NCBI GenBank assembly: GCA_010909165.1
Contig: MU008187.1
Coordinates: forward strand, 376,247 to 440,246
Length of the DNA stretch: 64,000 bases
Reading direction: 5' to 3'
Origin: Anthoceros angustus
Lineage: Eukaryota > Plantae > Anthocerotophyta
A model generated the notes under the pieces. That model saw only the letters and a program-made list of their open reading frames with translations, was not told where the DNA came from and searched no databases. Positions within the stretch are counted from its first letter, which is position 1. The number at the start of each line of letters is the position of its first letter. Position numbers and translations under genes: made by a program. Below are positions 25,013 to 37,360 of this stretch, one piece after another.

Positions 25013-27153
25013 TCACTCCGAGGTTGGCGGTGTCAGAGGCCCATTCTGGGTTTGCTGCTGCTGCTGCTTGGGTTTGTCCTTGTCCTTTTGCTTCTTGGAC
25101 GCAGAGCCTACGAAGGGAATGTGCTTGCGGCCGCGCATGTACGGTTGGAGTACCTCTGGGATGTCCACTCCTGTTGGGGTTTGGTAGTTTTCCAGAATGC
25201 AGCACATGGTTCGCTCCGTCGCTGTCAGGGTGGAGTTGAGCAGATGGACGTAAAGTTTCTCGTTACCCTGCACGGAAGCGCCGCCCAGTGAGTGAGAGAG
25301 TGGGTTGTGAAGGAGCAGGATTCAGACAAAATGATACCTCCCCCAGGAAGACGTTTGGGTTACCTTCTCCTTCTTCTGCCCGTAACGGATCTCCAGGTTG
25401 CGCGACTGGTAGTCTGTGCAGTTGGAACATGACACTAACTCCCTGTACGTGGCAGAGGCTGGAAACCAGGCCTCCAGATCGTACTTTTTTGCAGCAGCAT
25501 CATTCAACGCCCCTGAAACTATGGAGACGACTCTGTAGGGGAGCCCAAGCTGTAGAAAGCATAATGTTTTGAGGTTGGGAACCATCATGGAAAAGACAAA
25601 GCCACAGGCAAAGGACCTACTGTGCATCAACTGGGAAGAGAGGCTTGGGCGAACCTGTTTGTAAAACTCCTCAGAATTTGCAATCAGTTCCTCATGGACC
25701 TTCCAAGACTCATCGTCATGAGGGCTTGTGAGGACGAACTGCTCGATTTTCTCAAACTGGTGCACACGGAAGATACCGAGTGTGTCCTTCCCATGAGCTC
25801 CAGCCTCCTTTCTAAAGCATGTTGAGGTGCCTGCATACCTGGAAAACAATATCTACCACATTCAGTTTCGGGGCATCAATATGAGTCACGAAGCACTGTG
25901 AAGCGCGATATCACTCAAATACAATACAACAACCCACCTAATCGGCAATGACTTGGTATCCACAATCCAATCCTTCCGATGATATGCACATAGTGGTTGC
26001 TCTGATGTAGCAATGAGATACTTATCATCGCTTTCCCCTGTGACCTGGACATCTTTGGCACAGTATCATGTGATGTCCGAACTCAACAGACTAAAGAAAC
26101 TCCAGCCGCAGTCATGCAACTCGTTTTTGAGTAGAACCCGCACCTTGTAGAGCTCTTCATCAAACTGAGCCAACTGAGCACATTCGGCCATAACATCCTT
26201 TCTCATGAAAAATGGGGTCTGCAGAGCTTCAAAATTGCGGTCCTCCAAGAAATCAAGTCCGAAATTGATCAGAGCCTGATTCAAACGGACGCCAAGGCCC
26301 TTCAGATAGTACCCTCTTCCCCCCGCGACATCAGAGCCTGGACCCCAGTATAAAAACATGGATGTAAGAATATTCGTCATCATCACACAAGCCCTAGAAA
26401 ATGACCGCAAATGCTCACACCTTTCTTCAAGTCCGCAATCCCCAGAGCGTCAACAAGGTCGACATGGTTCTTCAGCTTCGCCTCTTCCCTTCTTGTTCCC
26501 CATGTCCTCACAACTTCATTGTTGGCCTAAGCAGATCCAAGAGCTGCAAGTGAAAACCTAACCCCACAACACAGCCAGCAGCTAGTCGATCACCACAAAC
26601 ACTCACCTCATCATCAGAAATGGGGACCGAGTCATGAACAATGTTCCCTACAAGCCTCAACCTCTTATCCATTTCCTGGAAAGCAAGTTCAACTTCCTCT
26701 TCCTTTGCCGCTCGGAGCTTGTCCTGCTCAACTGCCTTGCTTTCCAGCTCGGTTGCATTTTCTCCTTTCTGAAGAACCCGCCAAACCAGGTCACCACACC
26801 CTGAGCAGCAGGATCAGCTTGACGACCAGTGCACAGTCACTTACACGTCGTAAAAGGGAGATCTCCTTGTTGAGCTTGTTATACTCTGTCTGGATCAACC
26901 GCAGCTCGTGCTGTCCTGAAACCCCAACAAGTGCTCCTCCAGTCAGCGGTGCAATCCTCCAGGAATCCCCAACCCTAATCACAGCAACAAACAGGGGTCT
27001 GCACTCTGCAGGGGACATACTCTGCCGCCACTCCGTGTCGAACTTGATGACCTCATCCACAAGCTCCACACTAGCAAATCGCCGCCGCTGGGATTCCCTC
27101 ACCCTCTCGGGATCATGGCCCCTGTCCGTCCGGAACAACAGGATGTCCAACAT
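25013..27153 (-). CDS. SerRS: Cytosolic seryl-tRNA synthetase, multi-exon
   Basis: [17 protein letters not shown]; [13 protein letters not shown]; [30 protein letters not shown]; [27 protein letters not shown]; [20 protein letters not shown]. Confidence 0.97.
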
Positions 27154-27419
27154 CTTGTTCGCTGCTCGCAACACGCCTTCACGAAAAATGCCTGCTTCCC
27201 GCCCTCGATCGTTCAGTAAACTCCTCCAAGACGTCTCCCGGCTCCTCCTCCCCGGACTACACCCCGAGGGAAGCTTCCGAAGACAGCCAATTTTCGCGAA
27301 CTGCGAATCGCTGAGGAAACAACTAAAGCAGACTGTGTTCCGCTGATTTGATGCTTCGCGATTTGATGGGCAACTGAGTCGTGAGTCGTGCGGCCGATGG
27401 TCTTGGCACTTTGACATCC

Positions 27420-28111
27420 ATGGAGGTCGAGGTGAAGGTCCGCCTGCCCGACGCGCAGGCGCATCAGAAGGTGGCATCTCTGCTTGCGTCCGCGCACGAG
27501 GTGACTCACTTGCAGGAGAACTTCTTCTTTGACGGCAAGCAGCAGGAGCTGAGCTCCAAGCGATCCGTGCTTCGGTTGCGGTTCTACAACGAAGACAAGA
27601 AGTGCGTGGTCACGTACAAGGGCAAGGCAGTGATTCTGGACGGCATCAGCAGGGCAGAGGAGGTGGAGGAGGAGTTAGATGTTGCCGTCGGCAGAGCCTG
27701 CTTGTTGGAGCCCTCGAGGCTGGCGGAAGTGGACTGTAGCTTGTTGCAAAACATTGTGAAGAACTTCGGCTGCAGGTTTGTGTCATCTGTCTTGTTGCAG
27801 ATCTGGATGACTATCCCAGCTTGTATACTTTGCAGCCTGCTCAACGTGGCTATCTGCTTTGCAGGGATTTTGTTTGCTTGGGAGGGTTTCGGAATGTGAG
27901 GAACGTCTACAAGTGGGAAGGACACAAGATTGAGCTGGATGAAACACATTTCGACTTTGGCACCAACTACGAGATCGAGGTCGAGACAACAGAACCAGAG
28001 CGCATCCGTGAGCTGCTGCAAGCCTTCCTCCGCAGCCACGGCATCCCTCACTCCTTTTCAACAGTGTCCAAGTTTGCCATATTCCGGTCAGGCAAGCTTC
28101 CGGAGCTGTGA
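27420..28111 (+). CDS. TTM3: CYTH-domain triphosphate tunnel metalloenzyme (TTM3-like), 2 exons
   Basis: MEVEVKVRL (EXEXK), [59 protein letters not shown]. Confidence 0.93.
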
Positions 28112-28469
28112 TTGGTGCTCACCCTAAGCCACGCAGGTGCTATTTCCTGTATCCAACAGGTGCTGCTGTGAGGGATTCGCGTACGTGGAATACAAACTTT
28201 CAGTGACACAGCAGCCACGCGCTGATTATGTGTAATCCATCCAATGCATGCTGGGCCAGATTACTCCCTGTTGGCTTTATGGAGCTCATCAGCTCAACTT
28301 CGGTGCAAATCCTTTTACATGCCAGGTTTAGCCTCACTCCTGTATGTGACTCAGCTGTAAGAATCCTCAGGATCATTGCTTTCTACGACGCCGATGTTGC
28401 TGGAACAACGGCAACGCGCTGCTTGTTCTCCTCTCAAAGCACGCTGCTTCAGCTCTCTCTGACGCGGAC

Positions 28470-29110
28470 ATGAAGCTCAACGGGTCTTGCCACTGCGGTG
28501 GTGTGAAGTTTTGGTGCAAATCCAAACACCCATATCCTTACCAGGTTTGGCCTCACCAGTGACTGTGATTCCTCGCTTTCTGGGGCCATTGGAAGGATTC
28601 TCACCAGTCATGTTGGCTCCTTTTAGCGATGCTACTGTGGAATATGCCGGAAGACGGCGGGATCGGGTGGTTACGGTATCAACCTAGCTGCTGACTCTGC
28701 AAGCCTCAAGATCGAAGGGGAGGAGAACATTACTAGTTACAACGCAATCCTTTCTCCTGCCGAGCCTCCCGAGGTATTTCTTGTTTAAGCAACACGTGGA
28801 GATTTTACTCTGGAATTTCCTGACCTTGTGATGATTCGCACAGGTGAGCACTGCGGAACGCAAGTTTTGTAAGAAATGCGGTTCTCAGCTGTGGCTTTAC
28901 GATTCAAGGTGGCCGGAATTGGTACATCCACATGCCTCGGCCATAGACACCGACCTGCCTGTGCCACCGGAGACAACTCATATCATGCTTAAGTTCAAAG
29001 CAAATTGGGTGGAGCCAGAGGTGAAACCTGGGGACAAGAAGTTCCCAGAGTATCCGGATGAAAGCATCGAGAAGTGGCACAAGCGCCACGATCTGGAGAG
29101 AGTGAATTGA
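28470..29110 (+). CDS. GFA/CENP-V (Mss4-like) zinc-binding protein; exons 28470-28544, 28627-28773, 28844-29110
   Basis: GSCHCGGV..PYQRCYCGICRKTAG..RKFCKKCGSQLW..WPELVHPHASAIDT; two in-phase GT-AG introns. Confidence 0.88.
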
Positions 29111-29252
29111 TCTCAAGACGTTTGGGAATGATGCACACGGTTTCTTGCCGCAGGAAGTGTAACTGGGGAAGCTTGTCAGATATAGTAGATGTAAGATATC
29201 ATTGTGTGATAGGCAGAGATTCCCGCAGACATGCTGGGATGTTTAGATGCCA

Positions 29253-31107
29253 TCATTCCTTCACCTGCAGCAAGGCGGCTTCTAGTGACTCCGAGGGAGC
29301 CAGTCGCACAAACTCTTCTATTCTTTCTCGGGCAGCCTGTAGGTTTGAAAACACACTACGCATCATTTTTCAAAGTAAGCATCATTTTTCACAACAGCTG
29401 GAGAGAATCATCCCATTACCTTGATGGACTGCAAGCTGAACTGCAGGAATTCCACCCTGCATACACAACATGGGTTCACACACCATAAGAACATAAATTT
29501 GGATTTGCACGTTAACAACAAAGTCATTCTTTGACCCATGCAGATGATCGTCCGGGTTGTACTTACTGCTGAGTGCTTGTGGGCTCCCCTAGGTTTTCGA
29601 AGTACTTGCTGTAATCAGCCTGTCACCCGGTCCATACATCCAACTTTTCAGCAATCCTCGACAGGTCGTCACCAACCATGGATCTCCAGAACAATCTTAC
29701 CTGGTCTAAATACTCGAAAATGGCGTATGCCAGCTCAGTGGCTCGATCTGCATCTACTCCTTCCAACAACGCCGCCACACTGTCGGAAGCCAGCACAAGG
29801 TGAACCCATATGAAATAGCAGTGAAAGCATGACAAGCAAGCTCACATGTGGGTGGACTGGGTGAACCTGAGAAAGTCATCTTTTATGGAATCTGGTGATC
29901 CATAAGCCCTCTTTAGCTGCGCTCGTACAGATCCCACATCTTGACACAAGACGATAGTGGGGATAAAACTTTGACACGAGAGGAAGTGGGCATCAAGGAT
30001 TCGTGTCATAGAAAAGAATTTTTCATTAGCTCCAGGTGCTGATTCTGTACCTGATGATGAGTCTTCAATAAGCTGCAACTGTTCGCGGAGCCTGATAATG
30101 GGAGTCAAGTAGAAGAACAACGGCTTGGGAGGCCTCCCTTTAGGAAATTTCACCTGATATGGGAGGGTCTCGTCATGAATTCAGACAAGACGACGATGCA
30201 ATGCAATCTTTGAGGATAGAGCCACGTACAAAGGCCAAGGCTCCAGCAACCAGCGTGACTCCAACCCCTATAATGAGCCGTCGTCTCACAAGCTCATCGG
30301 AACCCTCGTCCATGGCTGGAATAGCCAGACCCGTTCCTTCTGTGGGAGCACCTTTGGACAGGAACAACTCGGCCTCTGACAGGCCCCATTTCTTGCTCTG
30401 CTGCTCGGTTGATCCTGATGCGCAACTCCACACCCATTCAGGCACACCTTTGGCATGAACAGCGTAAGAAGCATTTGCAGATGGCCACGTACCAGTTGCT
30501 GCTATGCCTGGCCCGGAGAAAAGAGTCTCCCGGTACCCAGTCCCGTCGATGCGTTTCTCTGGAGCAGCGGGTTTCAACTTGGAGAGATCGGCCGATGCAT
30601 TGCCACCCCTCCTCACTGACAGCTCTTTCCGCAATGCCTCGGCCTCTGCCTCTGCAGCTGCCAACTGGAAAAGCACAGTGAATTCCGAGTCTTCATCCCC
30701 CGAGCCGGCACATTGAGCTGCAAAGCCCATATATTCAGTACAGCCACTACAGCCCAACAAATCTGGACGCTTGTGCTGCTGCAAAGCATCCATTCACGCG
30801 GGGACAGCGCACCTTTGCAGCCAAGTCTTCCTTCTCGACCTCGGCTGCGGTTGCAGTGGAGCTCTGCAGCAAGACGAAGAAGGCAAGCAACCAGTCAATG
30901 GGCATCCCTTAACAGCAGGAGGCATCAGATGGTCGGAGAAGCTGGCCGTGCACAGACCGTAGAGGGGTCTGCCTGGCTGTCACCATCCGCTGTGGCATGC
31001 TTGATCTGAAGCCTTGCCCGTCTGCCCAGAGGGCCGGAGCTCCTGGACGTGGAGGGCTGGAGAGTCGGAAGGTGGGCAACAGACGAGGCAATCCTGAATG
31101 CAGCCAT
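29253..31107 (-). CDS. Chloroplast-targeted single-TM protein of unknown function, multi-exon
   Basis: Transit-like MAAFRIASSVAHLPTLQPSTSRSS; spliced exons LAAAEAEAEALRKEL, WGLSEAELFL, TM LIIGVGVTLVAGALAF, PKPLFFYLTPIIR, IFEYLDQADYSKYFE, AARERIEEFVRLAP. Confidence 0.7.
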
Positions 31108-31579
31108 CGGAACGCTGAAGGCTGGGCCTTCGATCAGCCAACTCCCTGTGCTCGTTCCGTGACAATTTGGCCCGCAGATTAGGGTCATGTCGACATGTCA
31201 TCCTCCAAGCGCTGCACTCCACAAAAGCATCATCCTTCCTGGGCCCCTCAATCTCGGAGCCTCTACTTTCCGCAACTCTGCACCCTTTGCTCAGCTTCCC
31301 CCTGCCATTGCCGTGCAGGGGCCATGCTCCAGTGTGCGTTTTCCTTCGGCTCTTCATGGCCAGGCTCAAAGCTGGATCAAACCTCCGAATTCTTGAAATG
31401 TAGCTACCATTCCGGCACCTTTCTAAGTTGTTCTTTTGCATCACTTCGGCATTCAGTTGTCCGACTTGGTTCCCCAACATCGGTTACAACCCAAGCTTTG
31501 TAACAAGACAAAACAACACCAGCGCCCTTGGACAGAGAATGCTTCAAAGCTAGAAACTTTTGGAGCTTTCCTGGTAGTT

Positions 31580-32781
31580 CGGCAGGTGCTACGGGGTCGG
31601 GCTGGGGGTCCCGTAGGGCCGTACAACCTGTAGAAGGATGTCCAAAACATGCCGAAAGCTCTACAGTCCAGGCATACCGGCTTGCAGCGCTGTGCAGGAG
31701 CTAGCGGGCCGATTCATTCTCACAACACACAATGCTGCTTACATGCGTAGTATGTGAGCAGCAGTTGGAGCTGGAGCAGCAGGCTCCTCAAACATGAAGC
31801 TAATTAGAGAACTGAACTGTCCACGGGTGGATGCATCTGCTCATGACCTCTCGGACCATTAATATTCCCACGACATGCAACCGAGAATGGAAGAAAGGTG
31901 TCTAGGCGCATTGTGGGTTGGGAGTAGAAGCAAATTGCGTGGCAGCTGTGGGCGCCGTCCAGGATTCTGACAGCACAAGTGCATGTTAACATGACTCTGG
32001 AGTGTGGACACAAAGTAGCCATATCCGTCACGCTTCCCGGCACTTCAAAAGCGGCCCATTCTTGCAAGCTGGGCATGCATCCAACTCGATCGATATGAAA
32101 TCAGTCTCTTGGTCTTATCGACCTTGAGGAACAAGTTTCTGAAATGTCACATTTGTAGAAGTGTTAGTCGTCTGGCGTGATGTGGGTGTCACCTTCGGCC
32201 GCCTCCAAAGAGTAAAATCCACAGGGCTGCCTCGCTTCCTAAATTGTGTGTCTCTGAAGACACTTCACTGTAAGTTCAGACTGCGTGTGATGAGTGACTC
32301 ACAGTGCATTGATCTGACGATGCGCAGGATGCAATACCGGCTCCACAATGGAATGTGAATGGAGATGCTATTTTGCACATCATCAGAGGCAGCGGAGAGC
32401 TGGAAATCGCGGGCCATGATGGTGAACAGATGGTGAACAGCTGGTGAGCCAGGAGGTGAGGGACCTACGCAGTTCCCCGCTTCCATCCCCATGGCATCAG
32501 GGCCGGAGACGAGGGCCTGGAGTTGGGTCGCCTTCCACGCCACAGACCAGTTTTTCCTTCCCTTTTCCTATTAGCTGCTGAAGCTACATATGTGGAGTCC
32601 TACTGAACTGAGCTGGTGCTCTTCCAGGCCTTTGGTTGAGGCTCTTGCTGGCAGGACTTCCGTGTACAAGCGGCTGCCTGAAGAAATTGCAGCAGCAGCC
32701 TTCAAAGTGGGTGTTGAGCAGGTCAGCGAAGTCAGGGAGAGGAGGCAGAGAGCGGCCATCATCTGTGAATTCTACATGTAA
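31580..32781 (+). pseudogene. 11S globulin/legumin-like cupin, broken or partial
   Basis: DAIPAPQWNVNGDAILHIIRGSGELEI; YAVPRFHPHGIRAGDEGLE(fs)WVAF; final exon PLVEALAGRTSVYKRLPEEIAAAAF. The upstream limit (PVEGCP-like remnant) is weak. Confidence 0.72.
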
Positions 32782-33015
32782 TTGGCATGCCAGCAACATA
32801 TATGTAATTCTACTCTTCTCTTCATTTTGCTAGAACTTGGAAACTTATAACTGCTTGACGTCAAACTGTGTCCAGCCCGAACTGAAGAAAAACCACAAAA
32901 CACACAACGCTTTCTCTAGGACACAGGATTGTCGAGTTGAAGATTCTTGTGCATCGAGCATGGGATTGTTATTTCTGGATTGTGTGATGCCATGTGTGGA
33001 TTTCACATGTCTGAC

Positions 33016-33253
33016 GATTGCCTAATGTAACTCGGGCAAATCTCAGGTCCTCGAGGTCAGGCACTGCATCTATCAACACCTGGGCTGCCTAGCTCAAAGA
33101 ACCGAAACCCGCAGACCATGGAATCAGTTATATGGATTGCCTAATGTAACTCGGGCAAATCTCAGGTCCTCGAGGTCAGGCACTGCATCTATCAACACCT
33201 GGGCTGCCTAGCTCAAAGAACCGAAACCCGCAGACCATGGAATCAGTTATATG
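33016..33253. repeat. 119 bp tandem duplication upstream of the tRNA
   Basis: gattgcctaatgtaactcggg...gaatcagttatatg twice (33016, 33135). Confidence 0.93.
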
Positions 33254-33328
33254 GAAGCTCTGTCGGAAACGTAAACAAAAGAGCTGAAGTTGAAGAAAAA
33301 ATCCTGAGCAGCTCAAGATGGGGCATCT

Positions 33329-33400
33329 GGGCATTTGGTCTAGTGGTATGATTCTTGCTTAGGGTGCAAGAGGTCGCGAGTTCGATTCTCGCAATGCCCC
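33329..33400 (+). tRNA. tRNA-Pro(AGG)
   Basis: GGGCATT/AATGCCC acceptor stem, A box TGGTCTAGTGG, anticodon arm CTTGC-TTAGGGT-GCAAG, T arm GCGAG-TTCGATT-CTCGC. Confidence 0.96.
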
Positions 33401-33446
33401 TCCTGCGCACAGGATCCAAGGGTGAATCCCCTCTCGCCGATTAGAC

Positions 33447-33452
33447 TTTTTT
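33447..33452 (+). terminator. Pol III oligo-T terminator of tRNA-Pro
   Basis: T6 run 46 nt downstream of the tRNA. Confidence 0.6.
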
Positions 33453-33553
33453 GACCGTGGCTGGACATAAATGACTTGATGCCTTTTTGACCCTGGCTGG
33501 ACATAAATGACTTGATGCCTTTTTGACCCTGGCTGGACATAAATGACTTGATG
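33447..33553. repeat. Three ~36 bp tandem repeats
   Basis: tttttgacc(g/c)tggctggacataaatgacttgatg three times. Confidence 0.9.
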
Positions 33554-33926
33554 TTGAGCGTGTCCCTGCATAGATTTTTTTTTTTTAATTTGGTATTTTA
33601 AAAATAAATCAAAACAACCCCGGGGGAAAAATCTTCAGCAAGGGTTCTGATTCCCCTATGTTACACATCGTATCATCCCACAGTCCCTACATAGATGTCG
33701 CGAATTCCTTCAGGCTAGGTTTTGAATGCTCCACGGCGTCCATAGTCTCAGTGAGATCTACTTGGACAAGGTTTGGCTCTATGGAAGTCGGCGGGCTCTA
33801 GAACAGGAGGGAATACCGCGCGCCACAGAACAGTAGCAGATTCGATATAGTGCGGATTCACACCACCTCGAACAAGCAAATTTTTCTGCCACACACACTA
33901 GAGCACAGTGTAGTCCTTGTTTACTC

Positions 33927-36900
33927 TCACGGTCGACCCTTACAACTGCAACAACCAGCTGCGAATCGATGCACACGGTACCCATCCCTTACAACAATCT
34001 CTCTCTGTTCAAGCCTTGACATGATCTCCGTGGAACTATGGCAGTCACTGCACATGCGTAGATTCTTCGTTACCACCAGAGGTGTCCCACTCGGAGTGTG
34101 CAAGAGACCAAACGCCAGAGCTAGTTTCTCAGCATGCCCACAAAGCAGATCTTCCTTTTCCTTCTCACACACTGGCTTCAACACCAACTTTGTGTGAGGT
34201 ACGTGGCCTCCTTCCTGCTTCACGCGTGCATTCGTGCTATCTAACTTCTGTGCAATATCCTCCCTTCTTTCTCCCACCAGAAATCTATGTACCTGCTTAT
34301 TCACCTCAATGGTAGCCGCTGCAGGTTTCTTGTTAGCTCCTGCTAGCATTCTCTTTGTTTCAATCCTGTCTACATCGGTCCACATACCTGCATCTGCGTA
34401 GGCATTGGCCATGAGCACGTACGCAGACGCCCGCTGAGGGTCCAGCCTAACAATGCTTTCAAAACACCACTTCGCCCTCTCTATATCCCCGTGACTTTTG
34501 CAGGCATTCAACAAAGACCTCAAGCCCACAACATTGCTTTGGCACTCGCATGACAATAGCATCTTCTCAGCCTCATCTAAATGGCCTGCGCGCCCAAGAA
34601 GATCAATCATGCAATTGTAATGCTCAGTAGTAGGTTTGATGCCATGCTGTTCAGCCATGGAATCAAAGTGCTTGCGGCCCTCCTGGATCAGTCCCTCATG
34701 ACTGCATGCTGCTAACAGGCAAGTAAAAGTAGCACCATCCGGCTGAATACCGGCAACTAACATGTCCTCAAAACAAGCTAGTGCTCTGTGACCATCATCA
34801 CAAGTACCATACCCAGATATCAGGGCATTCCATGTCACCACATCCTTTGTGTTCATGCTGTCGAAAACCTGGCGTGCATTTTTCAGTTCACCACATTTTG
34901 CATACATGTCCACCAGGCAGTTACCCAACACTACGTCATCCAGCAGTCCTCTTTCAACTATCTGTGAGTGTAGCTGCCTACCATTCTGTATGGCACCAGT
35001 GCTTGCACACGCCTTGAGAAGGCAAATGAAAGTAATATGGTCAGCCACAAGCAGGCCCTCCTCCTCCATTTGTCCATACAGATCAAGGGCCTCTTGGCTG
35101 AGTCCTTCCTGTGCATACCCAGCTATCAGGGCATTCCATGTCACCACGTTCTTTGTGGCCATGCTGTCAAAAACCCGGCGTGCATCTTCTGGTTCACCAC
35201 ATTTTGCATACATGTCCACCAGGCAGTTGCCCAACACTACATTACCCAGCAGTCCACTTTTGACAATCTGAGAGTGCAGCTGTCTGCCCTTCTGTAAGGC
35301 ACCAGTGCTTGCACACGTGTTGAGGAGGCAAGCAAAAGTAACATGGTTAGCCAAAATCAGGCCTGCTCCATTTGTCCATACAACAAGCGCCTCATGTCCG
35401 AGCCCTTGCTGCATACCCAGCAATCAGGGCCGTCCATGTCACCACATCTTTGTGGCCATGCTGTCAAAACCTGGCGTGCATCTTCAGTTCACCACATTTT
35501 GCATACATGTCCACCAGGCAGTTGCCCAACACTACATTATCCAGCAGTCCTCTTTTGACAATCTGAGTGCAGCTGCCTGCCCTTCTGTAAGGCACCAGTG
35601 CTTGCACACACTTCAGAAGGCAAGCAAAAGTAACATGGTTAGCCAAAATCAGGCCCCAGCTCCATTTGTCCATACAAACTCATTTGCTCCATACCCAGCA
35701 ATCAGGCCTCATGTCACCACATCCTTCATGCTGTCAAAACCTGCATCTTTCAGTTCACCACATTTTGCATACCCATATCAGGGCATTCCATGTCACCACA
35801 TCCTTTGTGTTCATGCTGTCAAAAACCTGGCGTGCATCTTCCAGTTCACCACATTTTGCATACATGTCCACCAGGCAGTTGCCCACACTACGTTATTCAG
35901 CAGTCTTCTTTCCACAATCTGCGAGTGCAGCTGCCTGCCCTTCTGTAAGGCACCAGTGCTTGCACAGGCCTTCAGAAGGCAAGCAAAAGTAATGGTCAGC
36001 CAAAATCAGGCCCTCCTCTCCATTTGTCCATACAGAACAAGCGCCTCATGTCCGAGCCCTTGCTGTGCATACCCAGCAATCAGGGCATTCCATGTCACCA
36101 CATCCTTGTGCATGCTGTCAAAAACCTGGCGTGCATCTTCAGTTCACCACATTTTGCATACCCATCAATCAAGGCATTCCATGTCACCACATCCTTTGTG
36201 TTCATGCTGTCAAAAACCTGGCGTGCATCTTTCAGTTCGCCACATTTTGCATACATGTCCACCAGGCAGGTGCCAAGAAACAAGTTAAGAGGAATGCCAC
36301 TGTGCAATACGTCACAGTGCACCTTTCTGCCAGATTCCAATTCGGCAGCAAATGCACAAGCTTGAAGGGCAGCTATAAAGACGTGAGCATCTGCCTTCAC
36401 TCCTGAGCTACGCATCTCATGGTACAGTTTTATGGCCTCATCAGGTTTCCCATGCTTGGCGTATGCAGAGATTATGGAAAACCACATGAAGGCATCTGGT
36501 TTGCCCACCCTGGTGAACACATCCATGGCCTCCTCTAGCCTACCTCCACGTGCATACATGCGCAAGATATGGTTGCCCAAGTATGCATCCGACTCGTACC
36601 CGAGTTTGACAGTGAGATCATGAACTCGTCGCCCCACAACCAAATCCTTCTTAGCTGTACACAGTTTCAGCACAGTGTAAAACAGAGACTGAGAAATAGC
36701 AGAGTCTGTCTGAGCCAAAGATTCCAGGGCTCCAACAGCCTCAAAAAGCTTCCCCTGCTGACATAACGTGCTCACAGTTAGAGCCGTAACGACGCCCATT
36801 TCCGATCCCTCACGCCCGCCATATTCAAGCTTGCCCGGGGAGCTGGACCCGGAAGGAGAGGGACCAAAACCCATCCGCATATCCAAAAAAACGAGCTGCT

Positions 36901-37323
36901 CATCAACCCAAGCTGGCTTAAACATGTTGTCTAACCACAACACCTCCCCAGACCCCTTATGCCGGAAGTCAGGCGATCGAGAGCTCCTCTTATCTCGTCT
37001 GTTGTCCCGCCACATGGTAGGGTCCAGAAAAAATTGTTGCCACAATTGCTCCTGCGCTTGGCGACGACCATCGTTGGAAATCCCGTGCCCTCCCACCCAG
37101 TGTCTCGGAACTGAAAGTGCTGGGCTCCTTACACTGCCGTACCTGGAGCCCATTTCCGATTCTGCACGCCTCCCAGGCTCAGGATTATCCGGAGAGCTCC
37201 ATTTGGAAGCAGAGGCACGATGACCCATCCGCATATCCAAGGAAACGAGCTGCTCATCAACCCAAGCTGGCTTATCTCGTCTGTTGTCCCACCACATGGG
37301 AGGGTCCCGAGGAAATCGTTGCC

Positions 37324-37360
<37 letters not shown>

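Noticed and set aside
33401-33446. Dicistronic tRNA-snoRNA or SINE body
   Set aside because: The trailer is only 46 nt with no clear C/D boxes; the tRNA is intact and no TSD is seen.
33447-33553. ~36 bp repeats as a CRISPR array
   Set aside because: Head-to-tail with no unique spacers, eukaryotic context and no cas genes.
33340-33571. Short ORFs (GHCENRTRDLLHPKQESYH)
   Set aside because: Antisense translation of tRNA-Pro and the adjacent repeats.
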